The notes beneath the pieces are model-generated. The model was not told where the DNA came from and did no database searches. It saw only the letters and a program-made list of their open reading frames with translations. A stretch of DNA of 64,000 nucleotides from a virus. This document shows, piece after piece, positions 16,488 through 25,284 of the stretch (within the stretch, counting starts at the first letter, position 1; the number at the start of each line of letters is the position of its first letter). The stretch covers positions 1-64,000 of IMG/VR virus record IMGVR_UViG_3300017963_000225; one strand, written 5' to 3'. A program made the position numbers and the translations under genes.

Positions 16488-17465
16488 TTAGAAAATTTGA
16501 TGAGTAGCCAGACCTCTCAGAAGCAAATAATCAAGCGCCGGCCCGATCCTTGGGCGTTCATCGCTCTCCCATTTGCAACGCTGATGCCGATAAGAATATC
16601 CAGACGATTCAGGGGAATATTCAGCCAGCCACCTCTGCGCTGGCTCTCTTTCGCACCAGTATTCTATCATAGGAACGCCCGTTCCTCGTGTCGCCTGACA
16701 CCAAGACAACCGCGAAAAACTTGAGACGGGCGAGTTGATGGCGTAGGCTGTAATCATCTGTAGCATGTTCAAATGCAGTGGATAGCACGGCTGTTTCGCA
16801 GCGACCGTTCCGCTTGCCGTTGCAATCATGTCTGTTTCAAACCTGTCTTTGGAAACTCGCGGCGCATCGCCAGTGATTCCGAAGAAATTGGCCACGCGAT
16901 CCCAAAGCCACCACAGGCCGCCGTTGATCTGTTTGTCCTCGCCAGCTCCCGGATAAAGACGGCCATTGCCCAATCCAGTCACATAGTCGCGATGCAGGGA
17001 CCACAACGCTGCAATCGCTTCCCTGTCCTCGGGGCATCGCCGCCAGCGCATCACCAGGCCGAAGGCGGTCCCAATCATGGCGTCACGGCTCGTGTCTACT
17101 CGATCAAGAGCTGGGTGGCGGTGAATCCGCCCGTCGTGGCTCGTGATGTTGTCGGCGACCGCTCGGAAAATACTGGCGCCGTCCTCGCACGACAGAACGC
17201 CAATTGCCAGGCCGCTGAATAGTGCGCTGTCGCCGCGCTCGTCTATTTCGTCGCCGTTCCTGGAGATGGGCATGCCTTCGTCGAGAAAGTCGCTGAGCAG
17301 CCTGGACACGAGGGCTTCATACTGATCGGGGACTGGAGCGTTCTCGGACGGCGGCAGGTCCGCTAGTGGGCTTGAAGGGGCGTCCTCATTTTTTCCTTGG
17401 CATCCAGCCAGAAGTAGAGCCGTTAGGAGCGCGCTTCCGATTCTTTTGTTCGCCGCCATAGCCAT
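16488..17465 (-). CDS. Lipoprotein of unknown function (helical enzyme-like)
   Basis: Start reassigned to 17465; lipobox LLAGC; GDSALFSG, GRIHRHP, SRDAMIG motifs. Confidence 0.65.
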   Translation of the reverse strand: MAMAANKRIGSALLTALLLAGCQGKNEDAPSSPLADLPPSENAPVPDQYEALVSRLLSDFLDEGMPISRNGDEIDERGDSALFSGLAIGVLSCEDGASIFRAVADNITSHDGRIHRHPALDRVDTSRDAMIGTAFGLVMRWRRCPEDREAIAALWSLHRDYVTGLGNGRLYPGAGEDKQINGGLWWLWDRVANFFGITGDAPRVSKDRFETDMIATASGTVAAKQPCYPLHLNMLQMITAYAINSPVSSFSRLSWCQATRGTGVPMIEYWCEREPAQRWLAEYSPESSGYSYRHQRCKWESDERPRIGPALDYLLLRGLATHQIF

Positions 17466-17694
17466 AAAGGCTTCTCCCCTCGATGATTTGAAGTCGATGG
17501 TCGTGTTCGTCGATTTCGTCCCGATTGGTCTGAAGCTGAGACACAACCTCAACCATTTTCAAATTCAAATCGTGAAGGCTGGCGCTCATGTCAGACAAGA
17601 ATTTGACGCCGAAACTGCAAAGTCCGATTATGGCCGCGAGAAACAACTGGTAAACGTACTGCGACACGTCTTGAGGAGATGAAGACAATGGCAA
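17386..17694 (-). CDS. Single-TM coiled-coil protein, putative holin/XhlA-like
   Basis: TTG start after GAGGAGG; TM LFLAAIIGLCSFGVKFL followed by a heptad coiled coil ending HDHRLQIIE. Confidence 0.45.
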   Translation of the reverse strand: MPLSSSPQDVSQYVYQLFLAAIIGLCSFGVKFLSDMSASLHDLNLKMVEVVSQLQTNRDEIDEHDHRLQIIEGRSLYGYGGEQKNRKRAPNGSTSGWMPRKK

Positions 17695-17701
17695 ACCCTC
17701 C

Positions 17702-18052
17702 TCATAAGTCCCTTCTTCTCTTTTCAAATCCCGATTTGAAAGGGACCGCCTCGTCGTAAAAAACCGGCTCAGGATCTTGGCTAGGAACGTCAATAATAAG
17801 CGGCTCAAGGTAATCGCCTTGCCCAAGGTAAACCGCCTCACTCAAGCATGAGTATTCAACGCTTTTGTCGTCGCCGCACTCTTTCAAGGAAAGACCGCAA
17901 TCCTCTTGGAGGTATTTGTCGCAAATGATTACGTCACCTCCAATGGACCATATTTCCCTTTGCTTTACCGGCTTCCCAGAAGCCGAGCATGCGCCGATCC
18001 ATGACGCGGCGCATACGACTAGGAAGTAAATGAGTGTATGGTGCATCGTCAC
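17702..18052 (-). CDS. Small Cys-containing lipoprotein
   Basis: Lipobox-like WIGAC; four further Cys residues. Confidence 0.55.
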   Translation of the reverse strand: MTMHHTLIYFLVVCAASWIGACSASGKPVKQREIWSIGGDVIICDKYLQEDCGLSLKECGDDKSVEYSCLSEAVYLGQGDYLEPLIIDVPSQDPEPVFYDEAVPFKSGFEKRRRDL

Positions 18053-18059
18053 ACTCCTA

Positions 18060-19253
18060 TTAGAACCGTCCCATCAAAATCCAACGGCTAAGCGTGCCGT
18101 TGTAGATAGCCATGACTGACCCGCGAATTCCGAACGCAATAGAGTTATTTTGTGTGCAGGCACTGCCGGCAGTTGTTGACCATTCGATCCTTGAAGACGA
18201 GCTGCCCTCGGATGACGAATTGCATACAATGCTCATCGTTTGCCCCGAGGCATTGTTGATGACCATCATGTGCCCATCCGACACGAAAGTGCCGATTCCG
18301 TGGACCGCGAATGGAGATGTCGCTGTTATGAAATTTATGTAACCAGTCGTCGGGTTTAAGTTGTTATGGTCCCAGTTTCCGGTTGAGGCTACGTTAACGT
18401 TGTAATTTTCTAGCCTCGTAGTTCCCAGACTTAGATAGGCTGTCCCCCTAATGACATGCTGAACTCCTCCGCCAGATGGCCCTAAAGTCCAAGCACCGGC
18501 CGGACTTGTTTCCCCGATATTTACGCCGTTTCCAGAGAAGGCGATCTGGTCAGCGCCAGGGCTGAAAATGCCTGTATTCAAGTCTCCTAGGATCGAGAAA
18601 GCCGGAGCTGATACCGAACCTCCAGCTGCTGCTACTTGCCCGTTGCCGTAGATGATGAACTTGTCAGTAGATGTGTTCGTCCTTACCTTCAACACCTCTT
18701 GAGAGACGCTGTTGGAGGCACTTGTTACTTGAAGACCGAAGCCTGTAGCTGAGGTGTTGAAGATCCGAGCGATCCAGTTGCCTGGTACGGACGAGCTTGC
18801 CTCTAACAAATAGGTTGGCGAGGTTGTCCCGATTCCGACATTCCCGCCACTGTCTATTCGCATGCGCTCAGTGTCGTTCGACCGAAGAACAAATGGGTGA
18901 TTTGTTGTCGTTCCGACATACATCGTGGTGTCGGTGCCGTTGTAGCCAAACACCCCTTGAACGGTCGCATCTCCGCGTCTGACAATCAGGTTGTCATTGT
19001 CGCCGGCTGCTCCTGTCCCGGTAACGACCATCGTCGTTGTGGTGGACTGTCCCGTAATGTCAAGTCCAAGCAAGGCGTTGAGAGAGCCGGTCGCTCCATC
19101 AATCGACATCGCCTTCGTCGGCGTGCCGCTCGGTGACACGTAGAAATCCATATCCTGATCGGTCTTGGTTTCCTTGATCGTCCAAGCGCCGGCAAGCGAA
19201 GCAAGTCCAACCAAAAAACATGAAGCCACGATGGCGCGGCTTAACCTCTTCAT
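18060..19253 (-). CDS. Tail-fibre-like adhesin with signal peptide
   Basis: MKRLSRAIVASCFLVGLASLAGA signal; ERMRIDSGGNVGIGTTSP and GSVSAPAFS..GDLNTGIFSPGADQIAF fibre shaft motifs. Confidence 0.75.
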   Translation of the reverse strand: MKRLSRAIVASCFLVGLASLAGAWTIKETKTDQDMDFYVSPSGTPTKAMSIDGATGSLNALLGLDITGQSTTTTMVVTGTGAAGDNDNLIVRRGDATVQGVFGYNGTDTTMYVGTTTNHPFVLRSNDTERMRIDSGGNVGIGTTSPTYLLEASSSVPGNWIARIFNTSATGFGLQVTSASNSVSQEVLKVRTNTSTDKFIIYGNGQVAAAGGSVSAPAFSILGDLNTGIFSPGADQIAFSGNGVNIGETSPAGAWTLGPSGGGVQHVIRGTAYLSLGTTRLENYNVNVASTGNWDHNNLNPTTGYINFITATSPFAVHGIGTFVSDGHMMVINNASGQTMSIVCNSSSEGSSSSRIEWSTTAGSACTQNNSIAFGIRGSVMAIYNGTLSRWILMGRF

Positions 19254-19277
19254 AAAAACACCTCCATTCGCTTCGGA

Positions 19278-19499
19278 TTATTCTTTGTCGCAGTCGATAA
19301 TCATGTTGCTGTGATTGGCTCGATCGCCGTCTACGTCCCACAATACGACAACGCACTTGTGTCCAAGATAGTTTGTTCCGTACACCTGACTGGAAAAATT
19401 ATTCCCATCGATTTTTCCAAGATGCTCTACGCCGCTTGGCTGCATTGTTGCACAACCGGAAGCGAGCATAATGCCAATGCTGAATACAACAAGTTTCAT
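19278..19499 (-). CDS. Small lipoprotein
   Basis: MKLVVFSIGIMLASGC lipobox. Confidence 0.65.
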   Translation of the reverse strand: MKLVVFSIGIMLASGCATMQPSGVEHLGKIDGNNFSSQVYGTNYLGHKCVVVLWDVDGDRANHSNMIIDCDKE

Positions 19500-19509
19500 A
19501 GCGCCCTCG

Positions 19510-19578
19510 TCACGTTTTGATGATGTAGTTCACGGTCAGGAACGGGTACGGCCGTTCACGCTCGCTTGCACTGGTCAT
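19510..19578 (-). pseudogene. 22-aa minigene or remnant encoding a second tail-collar C-terminal motif
   Basis: MTSASERERPYPFLTVNYIIKT*, paralogous to the GPAVVVNYIVKY* end of the upstream gene. Confidence 0.6.
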
Positions 19579-19585
19579 GCCGACC

Positions 19586-20509
19586 TCAATACTTGACGAT
19601 ATAGTTCACGACGACGGCTGGACCGACGTTGCTGAATGCAGTGCCACTTCCGGTTGTCCCGGTAACGCCTGTGTAATTTGGTAGGTCAACGCTATGCAGA
19701 TGCGACGAACCTGGCCCGGAAGTCCCGCTGAAATTTGGCGGATCGATGCTGTGGCTGTGCGATCCGTCTGCTTCGGTCTGCTCGGTTGAGTCAGCGCCGA
19801 CGCCAGTCACGCCTCGGATCAGAGATTGACTGCCGCCAGTTGAACGGCTTGTCGTAATGATGTGAGCATGAGGACCGTCGTTAGCTGATGAGAATGCTCC
19901 GTGGTCGTGACTAATGCTATGATTATGCCCACTCTCGGACGAAGAGTTCTGCGCAGCATGGTTGTGATCGTTCGTATGGTTGTGCGACGGCAAATTAGCT
20001 GTAGCGAGAGACGATGATTGCGATCCGCCTGACGCCCCGAGAGTCACACCGTCGACTCCAGATCCACCAGATGTGAGGCGATTCGCCGCAACGCCTCCCA
20101 TATTGTCCTTTCCGAATGCAGCGCGCCCGCGCATATCGGGGATATTAAACGTAGTCGTTCCGTTCCCGGCACCGTAGGATGTCCCGATGGCAGCGAACAG
20201 AGCCGCGTAGGTCGTGCGTGACACGGCCGTGCCATCGGCCAGAAGCCATCCAGTCGGAGCAGACGAGCCCGCAAAGGGCATCAAGGCCCCAGGAGGGACG
20301 CCGCCTGATGACGCTGGAAGCGGCTCGGTCAACGAAACGACGCCGCTCGCGCCAGAGATGCTCATCACATCCTTGACGGTGCCGCCGCTGTTGACCCGGA
20401 TGACGACGTTTCCGTTGTTGTCTGGATTGTAGATAACCCTGTCGCCTGCGAAGGCGGGTAGTGAGGAAACTCCAAGTCCGAAAAGTAGAGAAATGAGAAA
20501 ACTTTTCAT
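19586..20509 (-). CDS. Phage tail-collar domain fibre protein with signal peptide
   Basis: MKSFLISLLFGLGVSSLPAFA signal; PPGALMPFAG..APTGWLLADG.AVSRTTYAALFAAIGT.YG.G.G.TTFN.PD.RGR collar; HxH metal-binding needle repeats; VNYIVK end. Confidence 0.9.
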   Translation of the reverse strand: MKSFLISLLFGLGVSSLPAFAGDRVIYNPDNNGNVVIRVNSGGTVKDVMSISGASGVVSLTEPLPASSGGVPPGALMPFAGSSAPTGWLLADGTAVSRTTYAALFAAIGTSYGAGNGTTTFNIPDMRGRAAFGKDNMGGVAANRLTSGGSGVDGVTLGASGGSQSSSLATANLPSHNHTNDHNHAAQNSSSESGHNHSISHDHGAFSSANDGPHAHIITTSRSTGGSQSLIRGVTGVGADSTEQTEADGSHSHSIDPPNFSGTSGPGSSHLHSVDLPNYTGVTGTTGSGTAFSNVGPAVVVNYIVKY

Positions 20510-20525
20510 TACTTGCCTCTATGTA

Positions 20526-21413
20526 TTACTGATAATTTGCACAAAGACACGCCCTGGTTCCAGAAGTCGTGGCGCAGCTCACACTGGTTGATGTGATTCT
20601 GACGGCGGCTATACAGATTACGCCGCTGCCAGAGTTCAAACATGCAGTGTCACAGGTGTCCCCTCCATTCGAGGCAGTAACTGCGAACATACTGACGGCT
20701 CCGATGGCCACTCCTGTCGTCACTCCGTAAGCGGGCACATAAAACTTTCCAGTCGTTCTGACCTCTTGTGAGCCAAAATCAGGAGATATTTTTGTACCGG
20801 CGATTGCTGCCGAAGCACTGACGTGAGTATTACTCACCGCGCTTGATGCCAATTCAGACGAGGTAATGGCGTTCGCGCCAATCTGTGTAGACGTCAAAGT
20901 GTCGTTAACGAGCTTGCCGCCAGTAATCGTGGTGTTGGCGATCTTGCCACCTGTGATCGTGGTGTTAGCGATATCACCGTCAGCGATCGTGCCGTCCAAA
21001 ATGTTCGTACTGTTTATGATGCCCGTACCACCGATGGCGGACGAGAATGTCTTCGCTCCGCTGATCGTCTGCGTTCCCTGCTTCATTACGAAGTCTTGAT
21101 CGGCTGTCGCCGAGCTTGGGAAGTTGACTGTGGTGCTTATTCCGGTGCCGCCGAGCGTCTTGGACAGAGGAGTCGTGAGGCCGGTGACTGTCGTGGTGCT
21201 CAGTCCATACGGTGCGGATATTGCGCCAGTCGATCCAGTGACCGTCAAGGCGTCCGTCTTTACTCCGTTGTCGTTGACGCGCAGAACTAGATCGCCGTCT
21301 ACTGCCGGATTTTCGATAACCCGGCGTGTTCCAGTGTTGCTATCCGCGAGCGCGATGCTCGTCAAAAAAAACGCCAAAAAACAGACAAAATAAACTAGGC
21401 AAAACTTACGCAT
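20526..21413 (-). CDS. Fibre-like protein with signal peptide and Cys-rich tip
   Basis: Start reassigned to 21413 (TGATG coupling); MRKFCLVYFVCFLAFFLTSIALA signal; QTISGAKTFS and ITGGKIANTT shaft repeats; six-Cys C-terminus. Confidence 0.7.
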   Translation of the reverse strand: MRKFCLVYFVCFLAFFLTSIALADSNTGTRRVIENPAVDGDLVLRVNDNGVKTDALTVTGSTGAISAPYGLSTTTVTGLTTPLSKTLGGTGISTTVNFPSSATADQDFVMKQGTQTISGAKTFSSAIGGTGIINSTNILDGTIADGDIANTTITGGKIANTTITGGKLVNDTLTSTQIGANAITSSELASSAVSNTHVSASAAIAGTKISPDFGSQEVRTTGKFYVPAYGVTTGVAIGAVSMFAVTASNGGDTCDTACLNSGSGVICIAAVRITSTSVSCATTSGTRACLCANYQ

Positions 21414-23575
21414 CAAATCGTACCTCCCCATACTTCGACGCTCCCCGCGACACCATCGTTGTCCACCAGATCGATATTCGTAATCGCCGCTGATCCGTTG
21501 GTTTTGTGAACATTCACCCTCACAAAAGCACGGTTGGCCGCAGCATCCACATAAACTGGGTCTGTGAACGTCTGCGCTGCATTCAGCTCAAGCAAGCACT
21601 GCTCAACCACACAGTTGACAGCCTCGACGCTGAGCCCGCGAGCCTGCGTGCCTGACGGTGTGAGCTGGAAGCGTGAGCGACCGAGCACCGCCACCCGCGC
21701 AGCCGTCAACCGCACGCCATTGGTGAGTGCTCCCGATAGCCGCACCTGCGCGTCCCTGGCAAAGACGATCTGGAGGCCGGCGACATTGATGTCGAGGTCC
21801 CCAGCCGGCTCATCGGTGTCCCGCTGTACGAGGATTTGGTCATTGATGCCGCTGGCCGCGATTGCATCCGTCAGCGTAGTGTAGGTTCCTGGACCTCTGC
21901 CGACCACCCGCGTCATGCCGCCCTGGTCGTATGGCACCGCCTGAAGCAGCGGACGGCCGCCGACGCAAATGCGATATGCTAGGGCATCACCCGAGCCCGC
22001 CTCGACGAATGGCACGCCCACCCAATCGAAATTGAAGTTGGTGTCGTCGAAGCTCTCGACGATCGCGCTGCGGTCGATGTTGCGAATGGCGCCCGTGACG
22101 AGGTTTTTCTCCTGCACCTCGTAGGAACGCACCAGCTCGTAGTCGGCAACCCCGTGAGCGACCGAAGCAGGGCCAGCAGCCGTGTACCAGCCGAATGGCC
22201 CGGTGTCTGTCGCGGGCGAGGCCACCGTCTTTAGATCCGGGTAGTAGTAGGCGACGACATACAGTGTGCGCCCACCGCCATATCCAGGTGAAGGCACGCT
22301 GTCAGGATTGATTTTGACCTGCGTCAAGCTTTTGGCGACGACGAAGTTGAGCCAGTCCTGTGGCTTGTTCTCCGTGCCGTCATACCAGTACGCTTCAAAC
22401 CACTGCGGCTGCCCTGAGAGGTTGTGGCCAAGCGTCTGCTCGCCACCGGCTGCCGTGAAGCTGAACACCTTGCGCTCGACATAAGGGAAGAAGGACGCCA
22501 CGGTGTCGTGAACGCGGCCAGGCTTTTGATAAACCTCGCTTCCAGTCCAGTCCACCCCGCCGACCGCCGTCTTGATCTGGTCAATATAGACGTAGCGGCG
22601 AGGATCAAGGTTTTCCGGGTCGTGCGTGGTGTGCGGGAAAAGGCGCAGGTTAGCCTCTCCCCACTGAAGGATTTTGCGCTTGGTGTCCGTCATGCGGACG
22701 GGATCGCTCAAGGTCGCGAGGTCGATCGCCAGCGTATAAAGCGTGTCAGCCGCAAAAACCAATCCGCTATTGGTAAGAATAGTCGCTGCGCTCACCGAGA
22801 GGTTGACGCCGGTTAGCGTCTTGGTGAGGCCCGCCGTGCCACTGGCAAGCACCCGGCTGTCGTCGAGCGGATAGAAGCCGCCTTTGATGGCCAGTGTGGT
22901 GCCGGCCGCGTTCGTCACCTTGTAGGTGCGGTCACTGCCGCCACCGCCGCCGCCGCCAGCGCCGAAGCGGTAGATGCGGATATCGCTTCCGACCTTGTTC
23001 TGGATCACCGACGAAGCCGAGCCCGCTGTCTTGAAGGCATTTGCAGCCGTCGCTTCAAGGTCGATCCATCCAAGCGGCAAGCCCTCCAACGCGCTGAAAA
23101 GGGCGCCTGGGTTTGCCGTCGTGTCAGCGTTGAGCGTGGTCATGTCGGCAAACGCCGAGCTAAATTTTGCAGCGAGGCTGCCGTCGCTCTGGAGCGCAAA
23201 GCAGCAGCGCCGCACCTGGCCGACGGTGGTCGTCGGCAAGGCAAAGGCTACGCCGTCCACCGTGACGACAACACCACCAGACACGACGCCGGTTTGAAAA
23301 TTGATGGTGAAGCCGACCGGCGTGAATGGAACGATGTCGTCAACCGGAGGAACGGCCTTCCCGCTGCCGTCGCCAGCTTCGATGAGGGCCGAGGCGAAGT
23401 TGAGCAGGGCATCTGGAGTCGCACTCGCGAACATCCTGAGGGGTGACTCAAAATGTTTGTCAAGTCGCGGCAAAAACCCAGTTTCCAGGTTTTCGCCGGC
23501 TACAGCCCCTATCACCGACCTCGCCGCAAGCAGTTTAAGCTCGTCGGTGAAGCCTTTCTGAAGGTTGATTGTCAT
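21413..23575 (-). CDS. Virion structural / tail appendage protein with C-terminal beta-helix-like region
   Basis: Position after the baseplate genes; poly-Gly hinge; GTYTTLTDAIAA..NDQILV motif typical of the start of a beta-helix. Confidence 0.55.
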   Translation of the reverse strand: MTINLQKGFTDELKLLAARSVIGAVAGENLETGFLPRLDKHFESPLRMFASATPDALLNFASALIEAGDGSGKAVPPVDDIVPFTPVGFTINFQTGVVSGGVVVTVDGVAFALPTTTVGQVRRCCFALQSDGSLAAKFSSAFADMTTLNADTTANPGALFSALEGLPLGWIDLEATAANAFKTAGSASSVIQNKVGSDIRIYRFGAGGGGGGGSDRTYKVTNAAGTTLAIKGGFYPLDDSRVLASGTAGLTKTLTGVNLSVSAATILTNSGLVFAADTLYTLAIDLATLSDPVRMTDTKRKILQWGEANLRLFPHTTHDPENLDPRRYVYIDQIKTAVGGVDWTGSEVYQKPGRVHDTVASFFPYVERKVFSFTAAGGEQTLGHNLSGQPQWFEAYWYDGTENKPQDWLNFVVAKSLTQVKINPDSVPSPGYGGGRTLYVVAYYYPDLKTVASPATDTGPFGWYTAAGPASVAHGVADYELVRSYEVQEKNLVTGAIRNIDRSAIVESFDDTNFNFDWVGVPFVEAGSGDALAYRICVGGRPLLQAVPYDQGGMTRVVGRGPGTYTTLTDAIAASGINDQILVQRDTDEPAGDLDINVAGLQIVFARDAQVRLSGALTNGVRLTAARVAVLGRSRFQLTPSGTQARGLSVEAVNCVVEQCLLELNAAQTFTDPVYVDAAANRAFVRVNVHKTNGSAAITNIDLVDNDGVAGSVEVWGGTI

Positions 23576-23606
23576 GAACTAACTCCTTGAGAAATCTTAT
23601 GATACC

Positions 23607-25274
23607 TCAGACGTTCACCACGAGCACTTCGATACGAGAGGTGTTGTTCGGGACACTCGTAAAATCAACGCGAGCCGGTGACAAATTGCGGTTCCAAGCA
23701 ACCGTTTCTGGTTGTTTGCGACCGTCCACCCACACCATCACCTTTGTGGTCGCGGTGATAGGCTGAGCCAGGGCAAACTGCGATGCAACGCCATCTGCGA
23801 CAAAGGACTCCTCAGACAGCGGCACAAATCGGCGCCGATAAGCTGGCGCAAGGGCCAGGCTGTCCGTTGGGACGATTCGCCCGACAATAATCACCGGCTC
23901 ATTGGTAAGGAAGCCCGCAAGGCTCTGAGTCACCCCACCAGGAGACGATCGGCTTAGGTAAGCATCTTCGCCGGTCGTGAGCGAAGAAAAACCAGGGACG
24001 ATGGCACCGCGCCTGAACGTGACCCGCCCAGGATCGCCGTCGGCAATCGACTCCGCGGTTACTCCTAGTTCCTTCTTCTCGATGTCGGCTATTTGGGCGT
24101 GCGCCAGCTTGAAACTGCCATCGGTATGAATGTAGACAATCTTGCCGGCAGGCACCGTCTCACCTTCACTATTGATGAGCACAAGGTCGTCGTCACGTTG
24201 CACCTGGGTGCCGCCACCGCCCTTGATGCCACCGCCAGTGAGAAAAGTCGCCGTCGCGATCTTCTGCTCGGTAACGGCATTGTTTGCAAGCTTGCCGTTG
24301 TCAACGGCACCTGCTTGGATCGTCGCGGTGCCGCCAATAGCGATGAAAACGTCGCCGCTGATTGTGATTGCAACGGCATCGCCGCTACCGTTGCCCTGAA
24401 TGAACTGACCAGCCGGAACGAAGGCGAGCGTAATATCGTTCAGAGTGCGTGTCAGAAAACCCGATGCGGTCACGTTCTCGAAGTTTTTCTTCGTCCATGT
24501 CGCGCCGCCGAAGAAATAAAATCCATCACTTTCGTCATCGGCGCTGACATACGTTCCGACGCGATTTGGCGTCCCAGGAAAGTCAGTGAATACCCACTGT
24601 GCGCCATCCCATTCGGCGATATCTCCGTCGTGACCGGCCCAATCGCCAACGGCGACAGCCGCGCCAGTGTCGAGGCCAATCAAGTAGCGGTCGCCGGTAG
24701 CTGGCGCGAGCGGTGATGGATCGGTCAGCCCCGTGTCGATCACGGAATCTTGCCACTCCGACGCATCGCCGGCCGCCGCCACGAGGTTGACGACAAAATC
24801 GCGCGTTGCGGCGTGATGCCCGAGAGTTGGTGCCCCGAGATTCGATATGACATAGCCGCCCATCGACAGGGCGCCTTCCATGGGCTCGGAGCCGTCCCTG
24901 GCAAGCCGCGTGTCGGCGTTCGCTTGCGCCGTGTTCGCTTGCGTCATGGCTTCGGCGAGCGCCGTCTCGACGTTCGCGCCGGCAAACAACGCGCCACTGT
25001 CGTCGATGAAAATTTGAACAGCGCGATGCTTTTCTAGGATATCGTTGGCAAGATGCAAGTCGAGGGAGTCGCCGTCGCCATCAGGATCACGACCATTGAT
25101 GGTCGTGACGTTGACGAATGCTGACCCTAGAAAATCGAAGTCGCTTCCGGTTTCCTTGATGCGAAGACCGGTCCCGATGCCGATTTCAAGAAACCTTGGC
25201 TGAGTTTGGTCGGATCGCCTCTGGACGACTTGTACGCCTTCCAGGAGTGCTAAAATTACGTTTGCCGCTGCCAT
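23607..25274 (-). CDS. Virion structural / fibre protein
   Basis: L.RDGS..M.G.L.MG...I.NL..P....AAT..FV fibre motif; GDRYLIG...WAGHDGDIAEW (DUF2793-like); DUF2190-like region. Confidence 0.65.
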   Translation of the reverse strand: MAAANVILALLEGVQVVQRRSDQTQPRFLEIGIGTGLRIKETGSDFDFLGSAFVNVTTINGRDPDGDGDSLDLHLANDILEKHRAVQIFIDDSGALFAGANVETALAEAMTQANTAQANADTRLARDGSEPMEGALSMGGYVISNLGAPTLGHHAATRDFVVNLVAAAGDASEWQDSVIDTGLTDPSPLAPATGDRYLIGLDTGAAVAVGDWAGHDGDIAEWDGAQWVFTDFPGTPNRVGTYVSADDESDGFYFFGGATWTKKNFENVTASGFLTRTLNDITLAFVPAGQFIQGNGSGDAVAITISGDVFIAIGGTATIQAGAVDNGKLANNAVTEQKIATATFLTGGGIKGGGGTQVQRDDDLVLINSEGETVPAGKIVYIHTDGSFKLAHAQIADIEKKELGVTAESIADGDPGRVTFRRGAIVPGFSSLTTGEDAYLSRSSPGGVTQSLAGFLTNEPVIIVGRIVPTDSLALAPAYRRRFVPLSEESFVADGVASQFALAQPITATTKVMVWVDGRKQPETVAWNRNLSPARVDFTSVPNNTSRIEVLVVNV

Positions 25275-25284
25275 TAGTGCCTCC

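Noticed and set aside
19500-19640. Diversity-generating retroelement or invertase-type fibre switching
   Set aside because: No reverse transcriptase or recombinase in the window; the two C-terminal copies are short, direct, and differ at non-adenine positions
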